From assembly GCA_963814985.1 (NCBI GenBank), contig CAWFFV010000034.1:110749-174748 (forward strand): 64,000 nucleotides of DNA, given 5' to 3'. The notes below the pieces were generated by a model. It did no database searches. It saw nothing but the letters and a program-made list of their open reading frames with translations, and had not been told where the DNA came from. The position numbers and the translations under genes were made by a program. Shown piece by piece: positions 18,423 through 28,244 of this stretch (its first letter is position 1; each line of letters starts with the position of its first letter). The stretch is from an uncultured Chloroflexia bacterium (lineage in GTDB: Bacteria; Chloroflexota; Ktedonobacteria; Ktedonobacterales; Ktedonobacteraceae).

Positions 18423-18574
18423 GTAACTGTTCAGGTATCCTCGCCACCTGCGGTGGCTCGCTCTTGTTTTATGCGGGTTGCGGTGTTTGCGCCGCAAACA
18501 CCGCAACCCGCATAAAACAATCTGCGAAGCGCCGAAGGCGCTGAGGAATCAGAAAAAGAGACCTGAATAGTTAC
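18423..18574 (+). repeat. Complete 152-bp family-1 MITE with 14-bp TIRs.
   Basis: Reads GTAACTGTTCAGGT-ATCCTCGCCACCTGCGGTGGCTCGCTCT-[perfect palindrome TTGTTTTATGCGGGTTGCGGTGTTTGCG-C-CGCAAACACCGCAACCCGCATAAAACAA]-TCTGCGAAGCGCCGAAGGCGCTGAGGAATCAGAAAAAGAG-ACCTGAATAGTTAC. It is flanked by AAATTT-like sequence on both sides. Confidence 0.85.
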
Positions 18575-18676
18575 AAAATTTATGATTCGCATAAGATGGC
18601 AGAAGGACATGAGCCTTCTGCCATCTTGAAAGTGTCAGCTTTCCTATCCATTAAGATTGCTCAATGGGCTACAGGA

Positions 18677-21600
18677 TTATTTTGTGCGCAACTCTTGTAA
18701 GGTTGCCAGACGTTCTCGTGCGATGGAGCTGCCAGGATTGACCTTTGCAAGGTTGCGGTATACCCGGCTGGCTTGCTCATATTCGCCGACAGACTGATAA
18801 GTCCTGCCCAGCATATCATAGGCATCATAGTTACTACGGTCAATCGTAATCAACTGCTGAAGGGCTGCCACCGACTCTTTAATCTGGCGGGTGTCGAAGT
18901 AGTGACGAGCGATACTCCCCTGATATTTGGCAGCTTCTTGCGTTTTGCCCAACTTCAGACAGAATCCGACAACTTCGCGCAGCAAGTCCATCGAGGAGGC
19001 ATCGAGTTCGGCAGCGCGGCACAGGTTTGTGAAAGCCTCTTCGTTGTTCCCTGTTTCGGCATAAATGCTCCCAACGCGCTGGATCGCCGCTGCCGCCTGC
19101 TGCAACTGGTTTCGACGCAGGTAAACATCAGCAAGGAGCCGCAACTCTGCGATACCTTCGTCCAACAGACCACGATGTACATAGAGATCAGCCAGTTCTT
19201 CGTGAGCATGTGGATCTTGTGGGGCCAGACGCACCATTTCATTGAGCACATTGAGCGCGCTATCGATCTGGCGGCTATTGCGATAGTGGCGTACCAGATC
19301 AGCATACTCCTGCAATGTACTCTGAACATCGCCATGACGGGACGATATTTCAGCCAGGGACGAGACGACTTCATCTTGTACAGGCTGCACTTGCTTCACC
19401 TGACGCAAGATGGCCTGCATCTGCTCCTTGCGTCCCATGCGCTCATAGGCCTTTGCCAGCAAGAGAGAGATTTCGACCTCTGGTGCTTGATGCGTCTCAC
19501 CCTCTTCACGTGGACGCGCAGCCCAGGTTGCCGGGTCCATCGAGACAGGTGAACGACGAATATTTTGGAGTGCTTGCTCAAGTTGCTGGATAGCCGCTTC
19601 GGGTTTACCTTGTGCGAAGAGACATTGTGCAGCACTAACGCGCGCCAGCACCTCAACCGAATTATCACGAGTTGCCAGCATATATGAGTCAAGGGCCTTA
19701 TCATAATCACCAGACTGGTGACAGATTTGACCAAGTGTAAAGTGAACATCAGCGTTATTCGGATGGATGTCGGCAGCCTGATGATACTCGCGGGCAACAG
19801 CCTCAGCTTGTTTCTGTCCCTCGCCACGCAATTGCCAGCGAATACGTGATAACACCTCCAGTGATGTCGAGCGAGCCGAACCGAGAGTGGTAATCATAGA
19901 TAGATGCCAGCGCACAAGAGCCGTAATATTGCGTGGGTCGACCTGTACGACGCGCTGATACTCTGTGACCGCTTGCTGAGATCGACCCAATTTCTGCAAG
20001 GCCAGGGCATAGTTCAGCCGTGTCGGAACACTGGTTGGACTCTCCTGAAGAGCTTGCTCCAGTTCTGTCAGAGCACGATCCGTATAGCCAAGGCGTAGAT
20101 AAGATTCGGCTGCCAGGGTACGTTCACGAAGCAATTCTTCCTTGTTCCCCTGGTTGGAAAGCAGGCTGATCAGGCGCATGCGATAAGTGAGATTGTTTGA
20201 ATCCAGTTGGAGGATGCGGCGATAGGTGGCAACTGCATCGTCCGCTCGCCCATTAGCAATATAGGTATCGACCAGGATGGCATATTTAGTAATAGCCTGC
20301 TCGATTTTGCCCTGCTTCACATAGATCTCACACAACACCTGGTGTACATCCAGATATTGCGGGGCGATGTCAATGACACGTAGACATTCCTCTGTAGCAG
20401 GTGTAAGCAAACCATGACTAATATATTTTTGGATATCCTGCATGGATTGCACAACCTGGAACCGGACGTTCTCGGGTAACGATGCTGTTGTGGCAAGGAC
20501 TGCATCAGCAGCCTGTCTTAATCCTCCATCTCGTGTGCCTGCGATCTGACTAAGCAGATCTTCAGCGGCCTGTCTTGGCTCAGGTTTATTCGATGTAGGT
20601 GGTACCACTAGCAGTGACTGTTCCGGTGGCAAGGCAGAAGCTGTCCTCTGCTGCGTCATAGGTTGTACAGATGGTGGTGCCATCGGCTGTTGTACAGGTG
20701 GTGGTACTACAGGAGGCGCGGCCTGTGGTGAGACGGATGTACGTGCCATGTCAGCAGGCTTGGGATCATCGATCAGCCATGAAGCTGCCGTTGGTGACTC
20801 CATCAACGGATTCGCAGGGGTGGTGCGAGATGTAGCCATATCCATATCATTGGATTGCCCACGCTGCTCAGGTAATGGTTGTCCGGCGAATGGCGACTGC
20901 GGTGGTGTCACATTTGTTGCTGGTGGCTTGACAACCTGGGTTTTGTCTGCATCACTCAGGATACCTGTCAACCAATCTGGCAGTTCGCCAGCTGAATTTG
21001 CAGGCGATGGTGATTGCTGTTGCGGCACCACAGGTGGCGCAGGCTGTTGAGTCTTATTCGTGTTAAGCGCCATCGTCGCTCCCTCAGGAAACGTTGGTGG
21101 CGGTAAGGTTGTCTGTTGTTGCTGCATCGCCAGTTGATCTTGCATTGTTGGGCGAGGTGGGTTAATAGGTGGTGTGACCGATCGTGGTGGTACCGCTGCA
21201 CCCTGTGCCTGTTGCAGCATAAACTCGACCTGAGTTACCTTGTCGCCCCAACCGCGACTACGCAGGAAACCCAGCAGTGCATTATAGACCGTGAGTGCCT
21301 GTTCTTGTTCGCCCAGGAGACGGTGAGCCTCAGCAGCTTCCTGGCAGAGTTGGACCAGCTGGTCGGACTCCTCCACAGTCAGCGCGTCCAGATTTACTCT
21401 GTCAACGGCTTCATCAAAATGGACAGTTGCCGTGCGTAAATCACCTCGCGCACGATAGCACTGTCCTAATGCATAATAGCAGGAGAGTGCATAGTCAGGA
21501 TCATTGAGAAGCAGTTGGAACTGGTGAATGGCCTCATCCCAACGCTGTTGTTCTTGATAGAGCCAGCCCAAAAAATAGCGGGCATCCGCTCGATCAAAAC

Positions 21601-21814
21601 CGCTCTCCAGGATTTGCTCACAGAGGTCGATAGCATCATTGAAACGACCCTGGGTCTGAAAGGTCTGTGCCTGCTTCAGAACCCCTGTGACCTGGCTGGC
21701 AGAAATCCGTTTGCGAGAAGCCGTATTCATCCCACTACCAGCCCCAGTCGCCACCACGGATTGCCCTGAATTACTCATCCCGCCGAAATTGCCCGCGCTA
21801 CCCATGTTACCCAT
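18677..21814 (-). CDS. Very large tetratricopeptide-repeat (TPR) protein of 1045 aa, with a central Pro/Gln-rich low-complexity linker.
   Basis: Multiple TPR repeats occur in both the N- and C-terminal thirds, separated by a PPxxP/QQQ-rich region of about 200 aa. Confidence 0.85.
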   Translation of the reverse strand: MGNMGSAGNFGGMSNSGQSVVATGAGSGMNTASRKRISASQVTGVLKQAQTFQTQGRFNDAIDLCEQILESGFDRADARYFLGWLYQEQQRWDEAIHQFQLLLNDPDYALSCYYALGQCYRARGDLRTATVHFDEAVDRVNLDALTVEESDQLVQLCQEAAEAHRLLGEQEQALTVYNALLGFLRSRGWGDKVTQVEFMLQQAQGAAVPPRSVTPPINPPRPTMQDQLAMQQQQTTLPPPTFPEGATMALNTNKTQQPAPPVVPQQQSPSPANSAGELPDWLTGILSDADKTQVVKPPATNVTPPQSPFAGQPLPEQRGQSNDMDMATSRTTPANPLMESPTAASWLIDDPKPADMARTSVSPQAAPPVVPPPVQQPMAPPSVQPMTQQRTASALPPEQSLLVVPPTSNKPEPRQAAEDLLSQIAGTRDGGLRQAADAVLATTASLPENVRFQVVQSMQDIQKYISHGLLTPATEECLRVIDIAPQYLDVHQVLCEIYVKQGKIEQAITKYAILVDTYIANGRADDAVATYRRILQLDSNNLTYRMRLISLLSNQGNKEELLRERTLAAESYLRLGYTDRALTELEQALQESPTSVPTRLNYALALQKLGRSQQAVTEYQRVVQVDPRNITALVRWHLSMITTLGSARSTSLEVLSRIRWQLRGEGQKQAEAVAREYHQAADIHPNNADVHFTLGQICHQSGDYDKALDSYMLATRDNSVEVLARVSAAQCLFAQGKPEAAIQQLEQALQNIRRSPVSMDPATWAARPREEGETHQAPEVEISLLLAKAYERMGRKEQMQAILRQVKQVQPVQDEVVSSLAEISSRHGDVQSTLQEYADLVRHYRNSRQIDSALNVLNEMVRLAPQDPHAHEELADLYVHRGLLDEGIAELRLLADVYLRRNQLQQAAAAIQRVGSIYAETGNNEEAFTNLCRAAELDASSMDLLREVVGFCLKLGKTQEAAKYQGSIARHYFDTRQIKESVAALQQLITIDRSNYDAYDMLGRTYQSVGEYEQASRVYRNLAKVNPGSSIARERLATLQELRTK

Positions 21815-21824
21815 GATGCCAGTA

Positions 21825-22637
21825 TTACCTCCGTCTTGTATTTCCCAATCTTACTGTGTTGGTTTCAGTGAAAGCCGATGTGCTAGAAAATGTAGCATTT
21901 ACCGATCCTGGTGGATTTGCTCTGGGACCTGCATTGTATGCTGAACCCGGAGACGCTGAATATGGTGCTCCCGCTCCCCGGGAAGGTGAGCCTGAGGGCT
22001 TTCCCGGCCCTCCCAATATTTGCGCAAGTAACTGTTGTGCCTGGATATTGGTGGCATCCGCTCGCAAGACTGCTTCACACTGCATACGTGCTGGCCCACG
22101 CTCGTTACGTAAAAGATAGCTCTGAGCAGTTGCCAGACGTTGCTGGATCATCGAGGCGATATCTTTCTTCTCGAAGTAGTAGCTTGCTAGCCGCTCATGC
22201 GGCTCAGGATTGCCAGGAGACAACTGCACTGCTTTTTGCCAGGCCGCTTCTGCACGAGCACCCTGACCAGCCTGTGAATAGAGATCGGCCAGGTGTAAAT
22301 ATGCGCTGTAAGCATCACTGCGTCTGCTCAGGATACCATACAATTCTGCTGTTTTGCTCAGGGCAATGACATTGCTGGGATCGCGTTCCAGGATATTTTC
22401 ATATTCCTCAAGCGCCTTTTGCCACTGCTTTGTCTGCATATAGCAGAACCCTAGACCACCACGTGCTGTCGCATCCTCTGGGAACTCTGCGAGCGCTTGC
22501 TGGTACTCCCGCATCGCCTCCGTCCACTGACTATCCCAACGGTGGCGGTCGGCTGCATTTATTGCTGTACTAAAGATTTGTCTGTTCCCAGGCATTAAAG
22601 GCTCACCTTCTCGATTGAGAGCACCAGCTAGTTGCAC
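21825..22637 (-). CDS. TPR-repeat protein of 270 aa.
   Basis: TPR motifs (W-LG-Y-A-F-P) are present. It lies immediately upstream of the large TPR gene on the same strand. Confidence 0.8.
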   Translation of the reverse strand: MQLAGALNREGEPLMPGNRQIFSTAINAADRHRWDSQWTEAMREYQQALAEFPEDATARGGLGFCYMQTKQWQKALEEYENILERDPSNVIALSKTAELYGILSRRSDAYSAYLHLADLYSQAGQGARAEAAWQKAVQLSPGNPEPHERLASYYFEKKDIASMIQQRLATAQSYLLRNERGPARMQCEAVLRADATNIQAQQLLAQILGGPGKPSGSPSRGAGAPYSASPGSAYNAGPRANPPGSVNATFSSTSAFTETNTVRLGNTRRR

Positions 22638-22796
22638 TAAGACAAACTGCGAAAGGGGGCTTTGGTCTAGTCAAAACTAGGTTACTACATTTCTTTTGCC
22701 AGGGCACTCCTTTGGTACTAAAGTACCTTGTTTTCAGCATTTTGAGAATATGGTTCACTACAAACCCGTACTTCCAGGAAGTACCACATTTGAGCA

Positions 22797-23291
22797 CTAA
22801 CCACGGTAGTTAATGTATTGTAATGCGACAGGATAATCTTTTTGCTTGAGCAATGTGATCACTGCCTGTAGCTCATCACGGCTTTTGGCCGTAACACGTA
22901 CCGCGTCGCCCTGTAGTTGTGGCCGTACCTTTGGATAGTTATCCCGAATATGCTTACTGATTTCCTTTGCCAGTTCCTGTGTGAGACCCTGCTGCAATTG
23001 GATGACCTGGCGAACCTTGCTACCCGCAGCATTTTCTTCTTTCCCCGGCTTGAAAATCTTCAAGGATAAATTGCGGCGAACCGCCTTTGTTTCAAGAATA
23101 TCACGAACGTTCTTCAGAGTGAGCGTACTGTCGGTAAGAATAGTCACATTGTCCTTATTCTGTGCAATCTCCGTCTTTGTGTCTTTCAAATCATAACGTG
23201 TCTGGACTTCTCTCCGCGTCTGGTCAATGGCGTTGACCAATTCTTGCTCATCGAACTGTGATACTATATCAAATGAACAGTCTCCTGCCAT
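22797..23291 (-). CDS. yajQ: YajQ-family (UPF0234) nucleotide-binding / cyclic-di-GMP-binding protein.
   Basis: The length of 164 aa and the conserved FDIVSQFD...EL.NA.DQ N-terminus match the YajQ family. Confidence 0.85.
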   Translation of the reverse strand: MAGDCSFDIVSQFDEQELVNAIDQTRREVQTRYDLKDTKTEIAQNKDNVTILTDSTLTLKNVRDILETKAVRRNLSLKIFKPGKEENAAGSKVRQVIQLQQGLTQELAKEISKHIRDNYPKVRPQLQGDAVRVTAKSRDELQAVITLLKQKDYPVALQYINYRG

Positions 23292-23476
23292 TGGAATCCT
23301 CTCTTTGGCTCGAAAATAGTACTGAATAGCTAAAATAGAGATAACACTGCTGCTTCAAATCTTTTCAGCGTGTATGCCTTTGGAGGCATTGTAGCGCATT
23401 TCACTGGACATTGCCACTGCAATCCCCCATGTGGGACGGCCTGATGATCTGTTTCTCTATAGGGGAAAACTCTATC

Positions 23477-23881
23477 ATAAGTCATCCCGAATTTTTCGGA
23501 CGTACGTTCTATATCTTTCAATCCGCTTGAGAAGCAGGGTTGCAAGGGTAGCAGCTCTTTTCCGGGGTTTGCAGGGGCGTCCTCCGCTTCTTTCTCTCTC
23601 TTCTCACATTACCTGTGTTGTCGTATAAAAGAAGAAAAAGGGGTTTTTCGGGGATATCTGGGTTTGGCAACCCGCGAACTACGGCAGAGTGCTCTGCCCT
23701 ATAGACCACTTTCCGATTCTGGTTGGTTGTAACTATTCAGGTTCCCTCGCCACCGGCAGGTGGCTCACTCTCGTTTTATGTGGGTTGCGGTGTTTGCGCC
23801 GCAAACACCGCAACCCACATAAAACAACCTGCGAAGCGCCGTACGGCGCTGAGGAATCAGGGAAAAGGAAACTAAAGTTAC
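23477..23881 (+). repeat. MITE nest: a truncated family-2-like element (23481-23728) followed by a complete family-1 MITE (23729-23881).
   Basis: ATAAGTCATCCCGAATTTTTCGG... is followed by GTAACTATTCAGGTTCCCTCGCCACCGGCAGGTGGCTCACTCTC-[perfect palindrome GTTTTATGTGGGTTGCGGTGTTTGCG-C-CGCAAACACCGCAACCCACATAAAAC]-AACCTGCGAAGCGCCGTACGGCGCTGAGGAATCAGGGAAAAGGAAACTAAAGTTAC. Confidence 0.8.
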
Positions 23882-23990
23882 CTTTTTTCAAAGGCCGCCG
23901 AAGGCGACACAAGAGGAGAAACAGATGAGGAGGTGACCACGAGGGCTACCTCCTCATCGAGGGATAGTAAGGGATAGTATCTCTATATCA

Positions 23991-24188
23991 TCACGATACT
24001 ACATTGAAGGCTGCGCCATTGGGTATAGCCGCACCAGACTGATTGAAAATGCACCATTTGTTGGTACTGGTATCATAAAATACGCCGATGGCCTGGTTAT
24101 CGTAGACTCCACCAACGCCACCAGGGTTCCAGTTCGGCGTAACAAATGCAATCGCATTCGGATTATTATTCAGGTATGTGTTGTCCAT
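23991..24188 (-). CDS. Small hypothetical ORF between MITEs, possibly a gene remnant.
   Basis: A 65-aa Gly/Asn-rich beta-strand-like sequence (PNWNPGGVGGVYDNQAIGVFYD) with no recognisable family. Confidence 0.25.
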   Translation of the reverse strand: MDNTYLNNNPNAIAFVTPNWNPGGVGGVYDNQAIGVFYDTSTNKWCIFNQSGAAIPNGAAFNVVS

Positions 24189-24412
24189 TGAGGCTAACAG
24201 CCAGACGTTTAAGCATGAGATATGTGTGGGCCAAATACATAAAAAATCCCTTCATTCAACAATATTTGGGTAGGTAGATAAGCATTCCCAAATGTTCTTG
24301 CCAGGAGGAGCAGTGTATGTTAGTGGCATGCTCCTGTCAATATCCATCTCATAATGTAACTGCTCGGATCTCCTTTTCTTAAATCCTCACTGCCATAGGC
24401 AGTTCACAAGCC

Positions 24413-24534
24413 GTTTTGTTGTCTGTGGCTGAGATTGCACCGCAATCTCAGCCACAGACAACAAAACCCACACAATATGAGAGCGAGCCACCGCAGGTGG
24501 TGAGGAATCAGGAAAAAGGGCCTGAGCAGTTACA
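24413..24534 (+). repeat. Rearranged family-1 MITE: core palindrome, then the inverted box A, then the right tail.
   Basis: The perfect palindrome GTTTTGTTGTCTGTGGCTGAGATTGC-ACC-GCAATCTCAGCCACAGACAACAAAAC is followed by GAGCGAGCCACCGCAGGTGG (the reverse complement of box A) and TGAGGAATCAGGAAAAAGGGCCTGAGCAGTTAC. Confidence 0.7.
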
Positions 24535-24986
24535 TTATGAGAACGAAATTGACACGCTGTTTATGTATTTCTCAACCAAATATTTACTTCCTCTCCACTG
24601 CTTTTCACCTTATAACTGGTAGAGTATATTTGTCGATAGAAAAAGTATAATGGGATATCATCATCCATTTTTATGAGAGAAAGAAGAGGAGAACAGCATG
24701 GCTCTTAGTTTCAGCAAAAATGCAACCGAGCAAAGCTTGAGCAGGCGTCCCATCACTGTTTCCATGTTTCCAATGTGTGAGCAGTTGAAAACAACGGAGC
24801 AGATCTGTGGCTTCGAACTGTTGCGGCTAGCTTTCTTTGCTTTAAAACTCCGTAAATTTGAACAGTGCCATGAACAGGCGAGGGATAAAAGCGAGTATGA
24901 GTTTCGCTGCAGCCTGCTGCGCCATGCCATCTTTCAACAAGTGTTAGCTCTAACGGCACTCAATGCACGTGAGCAAGCGCTACAGC

Positions 24987-26355
24987 TTATCGATGCCTGC
25001 CGTAAGTAGACTGCGAAGGAGATGAGCGATTGGGACAAGTGAGGATATTTTTGTCTAAATGTACGACAATACCCTCTTTCTCAAGGGCGCGTTTCAATTC
25101 TTGTAGATTGAAACTGCCACGCATCACGAGAGTACAAGGACCAACCTGTTGCAGTTCAAAGGCTCGTAGCCTGGGAGAGGTACAGAGTTCGGCAGCAAGA
25201 GCCTCGCCTGGTACTTCAAACAGGAGCACTTGCGAGATCTTCGCCTCTTTATAACCTCTGATCCAATCGTTCAGGGTATACGTCACATTTTGCGGAATTT
25301 CTTTCTGACTCCGCTCTTTCAGGATTTGCTGAATTCTGCTCAATGCTTTTTCCTTTTTCCAGTCCATGCAACAGGGATGTACGTGTCAGCGTCAGGCGGC
25401 TTACGACTCCTATCTGGTTAACCTGGGTAAAAGGTAGCAAACTATACACTGTTGGCATATCTGGTTGCAAGAGCAACAATTCAAAGTTTGGTTGTACGAC
25501 AAGCAAGCGTTGTGGATCAGTAGTTGGCATTATAGTGGATGAAGAGTGATGGGAAGAAAGGACTTTCGCTCCCAGTTCCGTAAGCATCAAAGCATCTGGA
25601 TTGGGAAGGTTCTTCCCTTCAACTGCTTCTGGGTGATCATAACCTAAGGTGACAATTCCCAACTCGTAGAGTGTAGAGGAGAGCATGCCCGTATAGAGTT
25701 CAAGGTCGGTGTCATCCCATCTAGCACGTGTCTCTGGCGACTTGCGACGATCTGCCGCCCGTGTGTATGCTTGTTTAGGCAGTGCAACAAAAGCATCTTC
25801 ATCCCAGATTTTTTCCATCAGCGATGCTGTTGTATACCATTGTCCTGCAATACAGCGCTCCAGATGTTTCAGTATAGTGGTTCGCCCGGTCAGACAATCC
25901 CATAAAGTAAAAAAGTGTAAAGGGCTGTAGTTGTCACCAGCCAGATCATGCCAGCGCTTACTTGTGCACCAGTGACGTAAGAGGTATGCGGTTTGTGCTA
26001 CCGTGTCCAGTTGTGCCCACGAATCGAGTTGAGGGCCGGGTTCATAATGTGATTTCGCATCAGGAAATGGTGGGCTAGAAAGTTGGATAATTTTTGCCTC
26101 ACACAGGACGGCTAAAATTATCTCCAGATATTCATCTTCCTCGTAGCTATAGTGAGGTTGTCCACGCAGAAGCGAGCCAAGCTTGTTGGAGATGCGTTTA
26201 GGGACTCTTCCGGCCTGTGTTGGCTCAATCAATTGCTGATAGATCGCCCCAATGACTACGGCGATATCATACAACATCACGCTTTCAGCAGGGTGTATTA
26301 ATGCTGGCGGTGTCTCGGAAATTTCCGGCAAGCTCTTTTCTGGTTCTATAGACAC
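24987..26355 (-). CDS. Helicase_C_3 / XPB-N-terminal-like domain protein with no helicase core. It is apparently split by a frameshift in the 25249-25367 overlap.
   Basis: RLLVVQPNFELLLLQPD...SRLTLTRTSLLHGLEKG resembles the LIVQxDxTILLE...HTYRLTxxSLWNA signature of the XPB N-terminal damage-recognition domain. The 126-aa downstream ORF continues in another frame. Confidence 0.4.
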
Positions 26356-26394
26356 TGTACTGGACCTCTTAAAAAATATAGTGCATAACTCCTC

Positions 26395-26565
26395 AGGCTC
26401 CTCTTTCCGGATTTCTCAGCGCCTTCAGCGCTTCGCAAGCTCGTTGTATGTGGGTTTTGTCGCCTGTAGTAGAGGTTGCGACGCCTACTACAGGCGACAA
26501 AACCCACATACAACGGCTTGCGAAGCCACTGCAGGCGGTAGAGGAGACCTGAAGAGTTACGATAT
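26395..26565 (-). repeat. Inverted-orientation family-1-related MITE with an extended palindrome.
   Basis: GGATTTCTCAGCGCCTTCAGCGCTTCGCAAG is the reverse complement of the right arm. It is followed by the palindrome CTCGTTGTATGTGGGTTTTGTCGCCTGTAGTAGAGGTTGCGACGCCTACTACAGGCGACAAAACCCACATACAACGGC and then TTGCGAAGCC...ACCTGAAGAGTTAC. Confidence 0.65.
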
Positions 26566-26568
26566 TGC

Positions 26569-27447
26569 TTATTTAGACTGATATTGCTCAAGATAACGAA
26601 TGACTTCTCGCGTTAGTTGACTGGGTGTTGAGGCACCTGCGGTGACAGCGATGCGTTGCTTACCCTGGAGCCATTCTGCTTTTAATTGGGAGAGATCATC
26701 GATGCGAATTGCCGGGACGTCTGCCAATTCTTCGGATACCTGTACGAGGCGATTGGTATTGTTACTACGGGAATCGCCAACAACAATGGTCAGATCAGCA
26801 CCTCTGGCCTGTGCGGCTACCGCCTCCTGACGTGTCTGTGTGGCAGCACAAATATCAACGTGGACCTCTGTCTGAGGGTAGCGCTCTTTGATGTACTGGA
26901 TGACCCGCTGAGTGTCCCACTTCGAGAGTGTGGTTTGCGTGGAAACGGCAAGTTGCTTTTCTTGCTCTGGCGTGAGCATCAACTCATCCACATCAGCTTC
27001 CGTTTCAATCAGACTGACATGTCCAGGTACCTCTCCCATGACTCCTTCTGGTTCCGGGTGTCCCTTTTTCCCGACGTAGAGGATATAGTACCCCTTTGCC
27101 ACCAGAGCACGCACAAGATCATGGGTCACAGTAACATCGGGGCAAGTGGCATCGATACAATGCAATCCGCGCTCCTGTGCCCGGCGTTTTACCTGTGGAG
27201 AAACACCATGAGCAGTAAAGATCACAGTCCCTTCCTGGACCTGTTCCAGAATAGTGGCCCTATCAGGACCATCCAGCGTCACCACCCCCATCCTGGTCAG
27301 CTCATCGATGGCATGACGATTATGAATAATCTGTCCGATGATATAGATAGGACGTGGTAACATATCATCTTTCGCAGCCTGTCGTACTATCTGTAGTGCA
27401 TCAACAACACCATAACAATAGCCACGGGGAGATATCTTTATGACTTC
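26569..27447 (-). CDS. ispH: 4-hydroxy-3-methylbut-2-enyl diphosphate reductase (IspH/LytB).
   Basis: The three conserved Cys contexts are present (GYCYGV, ATCPDVT, ICAATQTRQ) and the sequence is IspH-like throughout. Confidence 0.92.
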   Translation of the reverse strand, partial: EVIKISPRGYCYGVVDALQIVRQAAKDDMLPRPIYIIGQIIHNRHAIDELTRMGVVTLDGPDRATILEQVQEGTVIFTAHGVSPQVKRRAQERGLHCIDATCPDVTVTHDLVRALVAKGYYILYVGKKGHPEPEGVMGEVPGHVSLIETEADVDELMLTPEQEKQLAVSTQTTLSKWDTQRVIQYIKERYPQTEVHVDICAATQTRQEAVAAQARGADLTIVVGDSRSNNTNRLVQVSEELADVPAIRIDDLSQLKAEWLQGKQRIAVTAGASTPSQLTREVIRYLEQYQSK

Positions 27448-27591
27448 CATCGATTCCTCATACAGGTACTCTCTGTCTATCTCAATACAGTTTATAGAGA
27501 GACCCAATCATTCAGGCTCCCTTTTCTCCCTAATTTGCTCTAAGGTGGAAGTCTCTTCCACCCTAGGGACATATTGAGTGTATCACATCGA

Positions 27592-28035
27592 TCAAGATGC
27601 CTTTGCCTCAGTTCTTACCAGGAGATGACGCAGGTCACCAGGCGTATAGAGGCAAATTTCTGGGAGCAGACCTACCAATTCCTCGACAGAAGTGGATGGA
27701 GCTAAATCAAATATCAAGAGTGGCATACGTTGCCCCTCACGTCCCTTAGCAATACTTGCTGCTGTCAACAAATTTGTTGATGATAGAGGTACATTAATAA
27801 GTAGTTGTACGTGAGGAAGGAGATAGGAAAGCATGAGAGGTGTATCTTCTTCGTAGATATACTTCATCCCCATCCGTCGCAATAATTTCATATAGGGATA
27901 TCGTTGCTCTTGTGGTCCGATCAATAAGGCCGAACGACCTTGCAGACCACCAAGGCAAGCACCTGCGATAGACACTATCTCCGGTGCTCTATACTGCATT
28001 GGGAGTTCTCCTATAGGGTATAAATAAGGAAACAT
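27592..28035 (-). CDS. Short NAD(P)-binding Rossmann protein resembling the central domain of glutamyl-tRNA reductase (HemA); likely truncated.
   Basis: IAGACLGGLQGRSALLIG is a GxGxxG-type motif. RMPLLIFDLAPSTSVEELVGLLPEICLYTPGDL matches the HemA ...iDlavPRdve...v.ly.iDdL block. Confidence 0.35.
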   Translation of the reverse strand: MFPYLYPIGELPMQYRAPEIVSIAGACLGGLQGRSALLIGPQEQRYPYMKLLRRMGMKYIYEEDTPLMLSYLLPHVQLLINVPLSSTNLLTAASIAKGREGQRMPLLIFDLAPSTSVEELVGLLPEICLYTPGDLRHLLVRTEAKAS

Positions 28036-28154
28036 TGTATCTCTTCATTATACTATAATACATTGTAGTTATGTATCATCAGGTAAGTGCTGTATTTTTT
28101 GTGGGGAGAGCAGTAGGGTCCTCGTCTCGCATCTGACCAAAGGTAATATTTCCC

Positions 28155-28183
28155 TTGACATATATGAATAGTCTGTCTATACT
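28155..28183 (+). promoter_or_regulatory. Near-consensus sigma-70-type promoter (TTGACA-17 bp-TATACT) for the aroF leader.
   Basis: The -35 element TTGACA lies at 28155-28160, the 17-nt spacer follows, and the -10 element TATACT lies at 28178-28183. The leader peptide ORF starts about 60 nt downstream. Confidence 0.5.
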
Positions 28184-28244
28184 TGATATAAAGATAGGTA
28201 GTGAGACAAACCCAACCAGAAATCACAGAAGGTTGAATATATTT

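Noticed and set aside
18773-21507. Multiple ORFs of 60-260 aa on the + strand inside the 18677..21814 region, and minus-strand ORFs inside other long genes (42105..43247 opposite the kinase, 53167..53889 opposite the LRR gene, 39323..40081 opposite sufB, 7325..7825 opposite the MFS gene).
   Set aside because: These are antisense ORFs within long, well-supported genes. They are compositionally biased and have no family similarity.
22640-22796. Palindromic GGTACTAAAGTACC between the TPR gene and yajQ, considered as an operator.
   Set aside because: It is a single short palindrome with no repeated half-sites or recognisable regulator nearby, so it is not supportable as a feature.
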